Of a stretch of DNA of 64,000 nucleotides, positions 21,320 to 31,499 are shown piece by piece. The notes below the pieces were generated by a model that saw only the letters and a program-made list of their open reading frames with translations, was not told the DNA's origin and did not search any database. The position numbers and the translations under genes are program-made. Within the stretch, counting starts at the first letter, position 1, and each line of letters starts with the position of its first letter. The stretch is from a virus (taxonomy: Duplodnaviria > Caudoviricetes), in IMG/VR virus record IMGVR_UViG_3300028797_000121, positions 55,594 to 119,593 of that record; one strand, given 5' to 3'.

Positions 21320-22861
21320 CTAAAATGCACTTGCTGACATACTAGGATTTATCTTAATTTTTAAATCAGGTAAATCAACAAGTTCATATTGATATGTTGT
21401 AGCAAACATAGGTTCTATTCTACAAGTACCTCTGTCTCCTTTACACCATAATAATATGTCTTTATATTGTCCACGTCTATTTTTATAAACAGACATTTTA
21501 ATAATTGGTTCAGGGAAGCCTTGCTTAACTAATATTGGCTTTAATGCCTCCTTATCTTCTTGACTAGTTTGTAGCATAATCGCACCGTAGTCAATTTTAT
21601 CCGCAATAGATTTTGCACCACGCAATAAGTTCTGGTCATATTGTTGTGCTGTTGTATATTCTGCATTTAATTGCGTTGATGTCATAATAAAGACACCATA
21701 TTCATTACATAAATCTTTTAATCTTATTGCTATCATAAAGAGAACATTATCTTCTCTTAAACCCTTTATTCCTGCCTTAGATGATACTTCACCTAAGATT
21801 TTTAATGATGTATGTAGATAATCAAAAAATACATATCTAATACCCCATTCGTGAATACCATATTTTATTGCATTTTCAATATCTTGTAAACTGAAATCAG
21901 GTAATCTTTTTATATGTAGCGGAGAGTTTTTAATAAGATTTGCCGCGTGCATAACACGCTCATATTCATCTGCTTCATACTTATTATATATAATATGTGC
22001 TTCATTAACATTTGATAAGAACGCTAACATCATTGTTTGAATTTCATCAACTTCCTGCTCGGTAGTTATAAATAATGTAGGTTCTTTCGTTCCATTAACT
22101 TCCCATTTATTTGTTTCCGCACTCCATATTTCATCACAAGCTATATTACATGCGTCAGCAATCATCGCCCTTGTTTTTCCTACACCGGTTGCCGCACTTC
22201 TTAAATATAGTTTCTTTAATCTTGCTCCTCTTGTTACTGTATTTACTAGAGGTCCATATAATGGATAACCAACCTCAGGATTACGCTGTAATCTTTCAAT
22301 TAAATCTGTGATTCCATCTCCAGCTTGAACATATTCTTCATCTGTTCCATCTACATATTTTAATTTTATATCAACTATTTTTTTATCTATCTTTTCTGCT
22401 ATTTCTTCAAGAGAGGTATTATCTAACCAATCTTCTTGTGCTTGTTTCTTTTTACTATCTAAAATATTATCTGGGTCATATAACCATTTTAAATCTAGTC
22501 CAGCTTTATTATACATTCTTAATAATGTCATCTTTTTCATTCTATTATAATAGTAATCAAAAGTTGCTAACTGAACTGTTTCAGATATTTTTTGTAAATA
22601 CTCTTGTCCATTATTACTTTGATATACACCATATGATTTAGGACGATTATATAAATAATCTTCAATAGTATTAACATTTATTTCTTTAGCTCCAAGCGTA
22701 TGTAAGTTATAGATAGTTCCAAACATAATCTTATGAAACTCACTAGGAAAATCTTCTTCATAAAATTTATATTTTTCATTATCTAATAATTTCGGATTTA
22801 AATATATATTACCTATAACTTGAACAATAGCTGGAATATCTACATACTTACTCATATTCAT
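21320..22861 (-). CDS. dnaB: Replicative DnaB-like helicase
   Basis: AATGVGKT, FDYL, TQLN, ADKID, KNRRG. Confidence 0.88.
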   Translation of the reverse strand: MNMSKYVDIPAIVQVIGNIYLNPKLLDNEKYKFYEEDFPSEFHKIMFGTIYNLHTLGAKEINVNTIEDYLYNRPKSYGVYQSNNGQEYLQKISETVQLATFDYYYNRMKKMTLLRMYNKAGLDLKWLYDPDNILDSKKKQAQEDWLDNTSLEEIAEKIDKKIVDIKLKYVDGTDEEYVQAGDGITDLIERLQRNPEVGYPLYGPLVNTVTRGARLKKLYLRSAATGVGKTRAMIADACNIACDEIWSAETNKWEVNGTKEPTLFITTEQEVDEIQTMMLAFLSNVNEAHIIYNKYEADEYERVMHAANLIKNSPLHIKRLPDFSLQDIENAIKYGIHEWGIRYVFFDYLHTSLKILGEVSSKAGIKGLREDNVLFMIAIRLKDLCNEYGVFIMTSTQLNAEYTTAQQYDQNLLRGAKSIADKIDYGAIMLQTSQEDKEALKPILVKQGFPEPIIKMSVYKNRRGQYKDILLWCKGDRGTCRIEPMFATTYQYELVDLPDLKIKINPSMSASAF

Positions 22862-23369
22862 CTTCTCCCTCTATATTAAATAATCGCGGCGGTTGCACAT
22901 ACACTTGTGGAGGCGCGATTTCGATAACTTCAACCTTAGTTTTATAATGCTCTAAATCCTTATTTTCATTAACTAATTGTGCAACATATAAACCATAATA
23001 ATAAGTTCGAGCATCATTATATATGTAAGGTAAAATACCAATACCGCCATTGGTCCCCTCTAGCGTGTGTCCTTGAACATCAAACCACCATTTTAATGCT
23101 TTAAGCATTCCGCTATAAGTAAAATTATAGGCTTTTTTATAATCTGTTATTTGTCTTGCTATTTTTGCGGGGATAGTTGAATAATTAAATTTTAATTTAA
23201 TATATTCAGTTAGTGCTTCAAAGTCTTTTTCGTCTTGACTTTTTCCGGCTTGAGCTTGTTCATGACATTTTTTATGAGCGTATCTTCTTGAATTGACAGA
23301 GACAAATTCTTCTTTATTTCTATCAAACTGCTCGCCGCAATAATAACATTTTGCAAGTAGTTTAGCCAT
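22848..23369 (-). CDS. Zinc-finger protein in the replication operon
   Basis: CYYC...HKKC. Confidence 0.7.
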   Translation of the reverse strand: MAKLLAKCYYCGEQFDRNKEEFVSVNSRRYAHKKCHEQAQAGKSQDEKDFEALTEYIKLKFNYSTIPAKIARQITDYKKAYNFTYSGMLKALKWWFDVQGHTLEGTNGGIGILPYIYNDARTYYYGLYVAQLVNENKDLEHYKTKVEVIEIAPPQVYVQPPRLFNIEGEDEYE

Positions 23370-23465
23370 TGCCGCACCTCCCCATCTGCATATTTATATC
23401 TAATAATATTATACTACTTATTTTATAAATAATCAAAAAGACGCACATGTAGTCGCGCCTTTCTA

Positions 23466-24491
23466 TTATTTTTCTAATTCTTTTAATTCTTCAACAATTA
23501 ATGATAATGCTTCAACTTGTTCTCTTGAGCATTGACTAACTTTATTACCTCTACCTAAATATTTATCAGTAATTTGAGTAATTTTTGGAGAATATTCACT
23601 TTGGAACACTTCTTCACTGTTAGCTTTCTTAATTAATCTATTAACAATGTCTTGGAATTCTAACATTAATTTGTCAAAATCTAATTCATTTTTTTCAGTT
23701 TTTAAATATAAATTACTCTTTTCATTAGTAAAGAATTCTTGTCCATCTTCTTTAGCTTGAGCATCAATAGCATCGGCAATAGCATTTGTTAAATTTTCAT
23801 AACTAAATTCAATATAGTCAGGGGTATATTTAAATCTTGATCCTGCCATATATCTATTAGTTCCTCTCATAAATAACATTGTTTTTTCTCCAGCATCTGT
23901 ATCTACAATTCTAGAGTAACCAATGATATCCGCCATTCTTGAAACTATATTTGTTCCTCTCTTGTCTAAAGTTGGAACGATTTGATTATACTCTTCACCA
24001 TTTTCATTTCTAAATGTTTTATCAGTTGCATGAGATATAATAACTAAACCATAGTCCATTTGAACGATACTTCTTAAACATTCATCGAATTCTTGTCCAA
24101 CCATACCATAACCCTTACCATATCCAATGTCACTGATTGAGTCTACACCAAATCCGCCATCAGAACGCTTTGCATTATCACAAATATATTTTGTGCAATA
24201 ATCATAAGCGATATCCGCAGTATCTATAATAATTGTTTCAAACTTTTGTTTAACTTCTTCTTTTTTTAATTCTCTTAGAACACTTCTAAAGTCAGACCAT
24301 CTATTAATAGGTTGAGCCATAATACCAGGAATAGCATTATAACCTTTTTCAAATGCTAATAATAGAGCCTTTGGAAAGTGAGAAGCTGTTGTAGTCTTCC
24401 CACTTTTTGGTTCTCCATAAAAGAATACTGAATATCCCTTTAAATCTCGGCTAACTTTATGTGGTTCAATTTCTAATAAATTTATAGCCAT
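23466..24491 (-). CDS. AAA P-loop ATPase (Sak4/AAA_24-like recombination protein)
   Basis: YGEPKSGKTT, IIIDT, ISH, ADIIGY. Confidence 0.8.
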   Translation of the reverse strand: MAINLLEIEPHKVSRDLKGYSVFFYGEPKSGKTTTASHFPKALLLAFEKGYNAIPGIMAQPINRWSDFRSVLRELKKEEVKQKFETIIIDTADIAYDYCTKYICDNAKRSDGGFGVDSISDIGYGKGYGMVGQEFDECLRSIVQMDYGLVIISHATDKTFRNENGEEYNQIVPTLDKRGTNIVSRMADIIGYSRIVDTDAGEKTMLFMRGTNRYMAGSRFKYTPDYIEFSYENLTNAIADAIDAQAKEDGQEFFTNEKSNLYLKTEKNELDFDKLMLEFQDIVNRLIKKANSEEVFQSEYSPKITQITDKYLGRGNKVSQCSREQVEALSLIVEELKELEK

Positions 24492-24506
24492 TATAAAGTT
24501 CTCCTA

Positions 24507-25442
24507 TTAAAAATTAAATTCTGCTGTTTTAGTTGCTGTTGTACCTGTAGCTGGAGTTGTTCCTGCTGCACGACTAGCTTTATATTCTTCTGCTCTCTTC
24601 TTAACATCTGCTAAATATACTTCTCTATTTTGAGCTGCTTTTGTTAATTCTGCTGCAGTTAAGATATTTTCATCACCGAAGTCATATGGTACTTTTGCAG
24701 TTCCTGTGATAATCCATTCTTTATTTGTATTTCTATAAGTTCTAACTGCTGCTTCACCAAATGCACTTTCAACTTCTTGAGTTGTAGTTTTAGTTTCAGA
24801 TATAATCTTTCCCCAAACTCTTGTGTATACTGGTTCAGAACCTGAAGCTCCTAAATCATCAAAATATTTAATACCAGCTTCATTTTCAACTTTAAACTCA
24901 ACAGGTAATAAATCATTTCTGAAGTTGAAGATTGCTCCTTTAACTAATGCATGTTCTTTAACATTTTTTTCATCATCTTTATCTACATGTGTTACACCTG
25001 TGATAACCATATCTACTGAGAATGTATTTCTCTCTTTAGGTTCTCCTAATTCATTAACGATAGTTACAAATCCACCCTCATTTGTCTTTGCAGATACTAA
25101 TTCATCATTATTATTATAGAAATCATTTAATGCTAATGCAGTATCAATTCTAACTTTAGTTGCTGCATCCTTTCCAACTGTAACGCAAGTTTTATTTTCA
25201 TCAATAATTTTCTTTAGAGTTGCATAAGTTGCATTTTTAGTTCCACTCTTACTTGTTTCAGTTACATAAGTGAAGTGAACTTTGATAACATTTAATAATT
25301 CTTCATCAGTAGCAACTTCAATATTACCAGAAATGAAATCTTTACCAAAATTTTCAGATGCTTGGTTTTGAACTTGCTTTACTGTTAAATCATGTTGATA
25401 AATTCTACCTTCAATTCTCTCTGTGTTTTGTGCTTTTCTCAT
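24507..25442 (-). CDS. Phage ssDNA-binding protein (putative)
   Basis: Beta-rich, aromatic C-terminal tail (EFNF), adjacent to the Sak4-like ATPase. Confidence 0.55.
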   Translation of the reverse strand: MRKAQNTERIEGRIYQHDLTVKQVQNQASENFGKDFISGNIEVATDEELLNVIKVHFTYVTETSKSGTKNATYATLKKIIDENKTCVTVGKDAATKVRIDTALALNDFYNNNDELVSAKTNEGGFVTIVNELGEPKERNTFSVDMVITGVTHVDKDDEKNVKEHALVKGAIFNFRNDLLPVEFKVENEAGIKYFDDLGASGSEPVYTRVWGKIISETKTTTQEVESAFGEAAVRTYRNTNKEWIITGTAKVPYDFGDENILTAAELTKAAQNREVYLADVKKRAEEYKASRAAGTTPATGTTATKTAEFNF

Positions 25443-25640
25443 TTTCTTTTTCTCCTTTACTTAAATTTCTTTTCAAATAATTTTTAAATCTCAATCTTAT
25501 TTATCTTTATGATTTACAATTATTCTCATAATAATTATACCAAAAAATTTTGCTGATGTCAAGTCTGTGTCTATCCCGGTGCTTTCAGCAATCTTTCTTA
25601 GATACTTATATTATATAAAAAAAATAAATAGTTATCAAAA

Positions 25641-26570
25641 CTACTTATTTATACCTGTGTTACTGTTATAGCCGAACTTATCGGACTGATATAATTGTAT
25701 ATAAAATCTTTCTTTTTCATTAAGCTGATCGCGGCTGCACTCTTCTAAAACCTCAAAAGAGAATGATTCTAGTCCATCGTCTAACATAGCTTTATATAGT
25801 TTATTATTTGCGGGAGTGTCGATTCCTAGACCGGCTTTCGCATGGTTTTTCCAACGAGTGGCTATATCAACAGCTTGACCTATATATACTAAATCAGTTT
25901 TTTGATTTGTAATTTTATATATGCCGCACTTTTCTGCAGTATTGCCGCCTAATACATTAGCACATACTTGGTTCATAGGTTTTTGATAATATGATTGCCA
26001 TATTAACATACGCAAGATGCGGGGATTGTTTAATTTATATTCTATATCGTGTAGAGTTTTAGCATCTTTAAGGTCGGCTTCAGGAACTTGTGGACAATAG
26101 AATGCTTGTTTATCTTTAACCTCTTGTTCTTTAAGTTGAGCATCCATTGCGGCAGCTCGGGTTGATGAAATTTTCTCGAGTTCTTTTCTGATTTTATCTG
26201 TTTCCGCCATTAAGTTTTTTTGTATTTCATCATAAGCCTCTTGCAATGAATCAATAGCTTCATCATATTCTTCTTCTGTTAATTTATAATTAGTGTCTAA
26301 TGATTCACAATATTGGGTAAAAGCGTCATAGGCGGCCGCATTAATATCCTTTGTAATATCTGTTATTTTCTCTAGTTCTTTACTTTTTTCTAATTTTGAG
26401 TTATTTAAAGTGTATATATCTTCAGTAATTAAATCTCTTTCTCTTCTTAAATTTTCATTGTAATTTTCTATATCTTTATTAACTTCATAAATTTTTCATT
26501 TTTTAAATATTAATATTACAAATAGAATACAACACATTATACCCAAAAATATAGTTATAAAATCTTGCAT
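25641..26570 (-). CDS. TM anchor plus coiled coil plus GIY-YIG nuclease; code 4
   Basis: AGGAG RBS and ATG at 26570, TM segment, TGA 26496-26498; GIYKI...YIGQA...RW..H...GYN. Confidence 0.8.
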
Positions 26571-26634
26571 AAATTCTCCTAATAAAAAAAGATTGAATAG
26601 CATCCTTCAACCTTTTTTAAAACTTTTTTATAAA

Positions 26635-26904
26635 TTATTCAGCGTCATCTTCAGCTTCTGGATCGAATGCTTCGCCTTCAGCAGTTAATTTGATTAATTT
26701 GATAGCTTTATGAGTACCATCTTCTAATTCAATTTCAGCTGGAACTCTTTCCATTAATCCTTTTCTTTGGAATGCAGATGTAACGATACCATTTACGCTT
26801 CTAACTGCTAATCCAGTTCCTTCAGCGATATCATTAGCTGTAATATTCTTGTCTCCATTTTCTTTTACATAGTCATAAACTAATTTACTATTTGGTTTTA
26901 ACAT
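26635..26904 (-). CDS. Winged-helix DNA-binding protein
   Basis: ITANDIAEGTGL...RKGL...LTAEG. Confidence 0.7.
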   Translation of the reverse strand: MLKPNSKLVYDYVKENGDKNITANDIAEGTGLAVRSVNGIVTSAFQRKGLMERVPAEIELEDGTHKAIKLIKLTAEGEAFDPEAEDDAE

Positions 26905-26973
26905 AATCTTCTTTGTCTCCTTTTCTTTAAACCTTTTTATTTTTTTATATATGAATATTATAACTAAAAATTT

Positions 26974-27156
26974 TTATTTTCTCAATAGATAATTTTTAAA
27001 TATATATTCATCTACTTCTAATAGCTCTTCGAGTGAAAGAGTCTCGGTCAGTTTTTCAATTTCTTGTTCAATATCTGTATTTTGAGTAGTTCGATATTGT
27101 GTTTCTAAATTGAAAATCTGCTGTGCTATTTCTTTTATTTTTTCTTCATCTTTCAT
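26974..27156 (-). CDS. Hypothetical protein
   Basis: Short acidic ORF behind a promoter. Confidence 0.5.
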   Translation of the reverse strand: MKDEEKIKEIAQQIFNLETQYRTTQNTDIEQEIEKLTETLSLEELLEVDEYIFKNYLLRK

Positions 27157-27195
27157 ACTATTATTATATTCAAAATTTTTTATAGTATCAACGTA

Positions 27196-29115
27196 TTAAA
27201 ACATTAACCTTAATTCTTCCTCTGTAATAATTGGAATATTCATTTTCTTTGCGGCGATATTTTTACTTGAGGTGCTCATTATATCATTATTAACTAGATA
27301 ATTAACATTTCCGCTCATTGAGCCAACCACTTTACCGCCTTGCGCTTCTATTAATGCTTTAAGCTCATCTCTATTTTTTACTGTATGAACTTTTCCTGTA
27401 ATACAGAATACTATATCTTTTAATTTTGAACCTTCCTCTTCATCTTTTTCTTCTTGGATTGTAAAAGCATAGTTAACAACTTCATCAAGCTCTGTATAAT
27501 CAAAACTTAATAGAGCGTCATTCATTACTTCTCCAAATCCATCATATTGGGTGAAGTCAAAACCTGAATTAATTTTATTTCTAAAATCTTCATAGGTTTT
27601 TATATATTTACACAACTCTTTCGCAACAGCGCGTCCTATCAAAGGAATACCGGCTGCCGCAATTACTGCTTCAAGAGTTGGATGTTTACTATTGTTGATG
27701 GCTTCCAAGATCCTCTCTACTGACTTTTCTCCAAAACCAGCTTTGTTTTTCCATTCATTTGACTTGTTTTCTAATTTATATATATCTACATAATTAGAAA
27801 TCCAGCCCCAGTTCACAAGTTTCTCGAGAGTTGCCGTTGAAAGCCCTCTTATATCTAAACCTTTCTTGCCACAAAAATGGTCAAGACGGTTTATAAACTT
27901 ACCTTGGCATTGCGGATTGTCGCAATATAATACCTTAACACCATCGTTGTCTAATACTTCAACCGGTTCGTTACATATTGGACAAACTTCTGGCATCCTT
28001 ATTACACCTTCATTATAACCTAATTTTTCGGCTCTTTCAACTTTTGGTATAATCATATTTCTTTTTGTAACCCAAAGTTTTTCATTGATATAAGGGGTGC
28101 CTAATGTATCTTCTAATACTGATACATTTGATAGACTTGCTCTTGATACTTCTGTTCCATCAATTTCAATAGTATCAAATATGGCTACTGGTGTTAAAAC
28201 TCCTGTTCTACCCATACTCCATTCAATATCTTTTAAATATGTTTCATATTCTTCATCATAAAATTTATATGCCATACCACCTTTAAAATGATGGTCAGTT
28301 TTACCTGCGGCAATATAATCACTGTTTTTGTCATATTTGAATACTACTCCATCAATTGGATATCCTAAAACTTTAGCACTTTGTTGTATTAAATCAATAC
28401 TTTTTTCTATTGTATCATCTGTATAATATGGAACTATTGTGAAACAAGCAAATAAATCTTGTAGTTCATATAGTTTTTCTGATAGTGTTTCACACCATTC
28501 TAGTCCTTTTATTACATCCCAAACAACAAAAGTTAAATGTCTAGAAGCACTTTCTTTACTATCTAATAATCTTATGCTTCCACTAGCAAAATTTCTAGGA
28601 TTTTTATACTCATCTTTAAATGGTTCAAAATCATTATAAGTGCAAATAATTTCTCCATCTAAAACTAATTCATCTACATAATTAATTTTATTAGGAATAT
28701 TTTTAACTTGTAAAGCATTATGTAAAATATCTTCACCTATAACCCCATTTCCGCGGGTTTCCGCAGATATAAGTTTACCATTTTGATATTTAATTGAACA
28801 AGTTAATCCGTCCATTTTTGCCATAGCGATATATTTTTTATTATCAATAAAAGATTTGATAACATCTATATCTTTTGTTTTATCAAGGGATAACATTGGA
28901 TGATTATGTTCTACTTTTTTAAGTTCATTAACAACTTGATAATTTACACATTGAGTAGGACTATCTTCATAGAAAATACCAGACTCTAATTCTTTTGCTT
29001 GCAACTGATAATACATCCAGTCCCAATCTGCATCAGATATTTCTGGATGTCCTTCGTCATAAAGCTTAGTATAATAATTCAATTTATCAATTAAATCTCT
29101 AATTTCTTTATCCAT
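27196..29115 (-). CDS. ligA: NAD-dependent DNA ligase
   Basis: KMDG, TRGNG, DGVV, Zn finger, BRCT. Confidence 0.97.
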   Translation of the reverse strand: MDKEIRDLIDKLNYYTKLYDEGHPEISDADWDWMYYQLQAKELESGIFYEDSPTQCVNYQVVNELKKVEHNHPMLSLDKTKDIDVIKSFIDNKKYIAMAKMDGLTCSIKYQNGKLISAETRGNGVIGEDILHNALQVKNIPNKINYVDELVLDGEIICTYNDFEPFKDEYKNPRNFASGSIRLLDSKESASRHLTFVVWDVIKGLEWCETLSEKLYELQDLFACFTIVPYYTDDTIEKSIDLIQQSAKVLGYPIDGVVFKYDKNSDYIAAGKTDHHFKGGMAYKFYDEEYETYLKDIEWSMGRTGVLTPVAIFDTIEIDGTEVSRASLSNVSVLEDTLGTPYINEKLWVTKRNMIIPKVERAEKLGYNEGVIRMPEVCPICNEPVEVLDNDGVKVLYCDNPQCQGKFINRLDHFCGKKGLDIRGLSTATLEKLVNWGWISNYVDIYKLENKSNEWKNKAGFGEKSVERILEAINNSKHPTLEAVIAAAGIPLIGRAVAKELCKYIKTYEDFRNKINSGFDFTQYDGFGEVMNDALLSFDYTELDEVVNYAFTIQEEKDEEEGSKLKDIVFCITGKVHTVKNRDELKALIEAQGGKVVGSMSGNVNYLVNNDIMSTSSKNIAAKKMNIPIITEEELRLMF

Positions 29116-29177
29116 ACTTATCTCCTTATATATAAATTATACTATATTTTTTAAATTAAATCAATAAAAAAATGTTG

Positions 29178-31499
29178 TTATAGTTTAACAACATTTTTAA
29201 TTTCATTTTTAGCTACCTTTACACCAATAGTTGTTCTACTTTGTTCAGGTAATTCACTAGCTTCGATGCATATGCTATTAGGTTTGCCAATAAGTAATAA
29301 ACTATCTTCATTACTTACTAATGCGGCACCCGCAATCTCTTCACCGCATCCTTTAACCCCTTTACCGCCTCTTCCTTGAGGAGTGAATTCAGTTAAAGCA
29401 CATCTTTTACCAGTTCCATTTTTATTTATTAATGCTAATGATTGACCTTCTTTTACTATTACTCCGGCAAGAATTTCATCGCCATCATTAAGTTTAATAC
29501 CTCTTACACCAGCTGTTACTCTTCCAATAGGGGCAATATCACTGGTTGTAAATCTAATCATCATACCTTTTTTAGATATTAAAATTAAATCTTCTTGTTT
29601 CATAAACAATACATTAGCAATACTATCTCCATCTTTTAACTTGATAGCTTGAGCACCAGTTGATTTTTTAAGACCTGTATATTCAGTTAATAAAGATTTT
29701 TTCACAGTTCCTTGTTTAGTTACAAATACTACATAGTCAGCGTCCACACCTTTATCTAATGATGCTGCCGCCATCACTTTTTCATCTGACTCTATTGATA
29801 CTAAACTAGCGATATTTTGTCCTTTTGAAACATTTGTTCCAACAGGTAGCTTATCAACTAATATCTTATACATTTTACCTTTATTAGTAAATAATAGTAA
29901 GTTATCAACAGTATTAGTTTTTATAGAGGCTAATGTTGCATCATCTTCAGATTTTACACCTTTACCATTTCTTCTTTGTGTTCTAAAACTTGATTTAGGT
30001 ATGCGCTTAATATCACCTGTTTGAGATAACATTACAACTACATCTTCAGGAACAACTGCTTGAACTTCTTTTTCAGCTTTAGGAAGGTCTATTTGTGCTA
30101 ATTCAGTTCTTCTAGCGTCTCCATATTTCTTAACCAATTCATTTAATCTATCTTTTATAATAGAAATTTGAATATCTTTTGAACCTAATACTTCTTTCAT
30201 ATCTTCTATATCTTGAACTAAACTAACTTTTTCTTCATTTAATTCTACTTTTTCTAATTTAGCCAAGCTACCTAATCTCATAGCAACAATAGATTTTGCT
30301 TGAGGTTCAGTAAATTTATACTCTTTGATTAATCCATCACGTGCGGCTGCACTTGATTCAGACTGCTTAATAAAGGCAATTATATTATCAATGTCTGCTA
30401 ACGCCTTTAACAAGCCCTCTACAATCTCTAGGCGGGCTTCCGCAGCTTTTAAATCATATTCAAATTCTTTAACTAAACAATTAACATTATGGTCTAAATA
30501 TAATTTTATACAATCTTTTAAATTAACTTCTGTTGGAGTTTTATTAATTAAAGCAACTTGATTGTATGAAAAACTACTTTGTAAATCAGTTTTTAAGAAT
30601 AGTTTATTTGCTATTGAGTCTGGATTAATACCTTTTCCACATTCAACTACAATTCTTAAACCTTTTTTATTACTTTCATTTCTAATATTTGTAATCTCAG
30701 GAATATCCTTTTCAGCTATTTCCCCGATTTCCGCAATTAAACTTTCAGTTGAAGTTCCATACGGTATCTCGTAGAATACTATATTTTGTCCTTCAAGTTT
30801 ATATTTTGCTCTAATTTTTACACTACCATGACCTGTTTTCATAATGTTTGGTATATCATTTTTATTAATTACTACACCACCTGTTGGAAAGTCAGGACCT
30901 GGTAACATTGGATCTTTGCCCTCAATATAGTCGCATATAGCTTCCGCAACTTCTTTTAAATTATGAGGGGCAAAATTACACGCCATCGCAACACCAATAC
31001 CCGTATTTGGATTACATAGTAAGTTAGGGAATATTGCAGGTAATGTAACTGGTTCTTCAGCGTCCTCAGAGTAGTTAGGAATAAAATCAACATTTTTCTT
31101 TTTAATTCCTTTTAACATACCATCTTCCGCAAGTTTTGACAATCTTGCTTCAGTATAACGCATATGAGCTGGTCCATCGCCATCAATGTTTCCATTAGAA
31201 CCGTGCCAATCAATAAGCGGGTATCTCATAATCCAAGGTTGAGATAATCTTACAAGAGCTCCATAAATAGAACTATCGCCATGTGGGTGATATGTTCCCA
31301 TTACATCTCCAACAATTTTAGCTGATTTAACATGAGGTTTAGAGAATGTATATCCTTTTTCAAAAGCTCCCCATAAAATTCTGCGGGCTACAGGTTTTAA
31401 TCCACAAGTTGCGTCAGGAATTGCTCTATCTGTGTTTACCGCTACTGCATATTCAATAAAATTTGTGCTTAATTCATTTAAAATATCATTATTCTGCAT
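29178..31499 (-). CDS. gyrA: DNA gyrase/topo IIA subunit A
   Basis: YHPHGD, MRYTEARL, GPDFPTG, CTD with QRRNGKG. Confidence 0.93.
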   Translation of the reverse strand: MQNNDILNELSTNFIEYAVAVNTDRAIPDATCGLKPVARRILWGAFEKGYTFSKPHVKSAKIVGDVMGTYHPHGDSSIYGALVRLSQPWIMRYPLIDWHGSNGNIDGDGPAHMRYTEARLSKLAEDGMLKGIKKKNVDFIPNYSEDAEEPVTLPAIFPNLLCNPNTGIGVAMACNFAPHNLKEVAEAICDYIEGKDPMLPGPDFPTGGVVINKNDIPNIMKTGHGSVKIRAKYKLEGQNIVFYEIPYGTSTESLIAEIGEIAEKDIPEITNIRNESNKKGLRIVVECGKGINPDSIANKLFLKTDLQSSFSYNQVALINKTPTEVNLKDCIKLYLDHNVNCLVKEFEYDLKAAEARLEIVEGLLKALADIDNIIAFIKQSESSAAARDGLIKEYKFTEPQAKSIVAMRLGSLAKLEKVELNEEKVSLVQDIEDMKEVLGSKDIQISIIKDRLNELVKKYGDARRTELAQIDLPKAEKEVQAVVPEDVVVMLSQTGDIKRIPKSSFRTQRRNGKGVKSEDDATLASIKTNTVDNLLLFTNKGKMYKILVDKLPVGTNVSKGQNIASLVSIESDEKVMAAASLDKGVDADYVVFVTKQGTVKKSLLTEYTGLKKSTGAQAIKLKDGDSIANVLFMKQEDLILISKKGMMIRFTTSDIAPIGRVTAGVRGIKLNDGDEILAGVIVKEGQSLALINKNGTGKRCALTEFTPQGRGGKGVKGCGEEIAGAALVSNEDSLLLIGKPNSICIEASELPEQSRTTIGVKVAKNEIKNVVKL

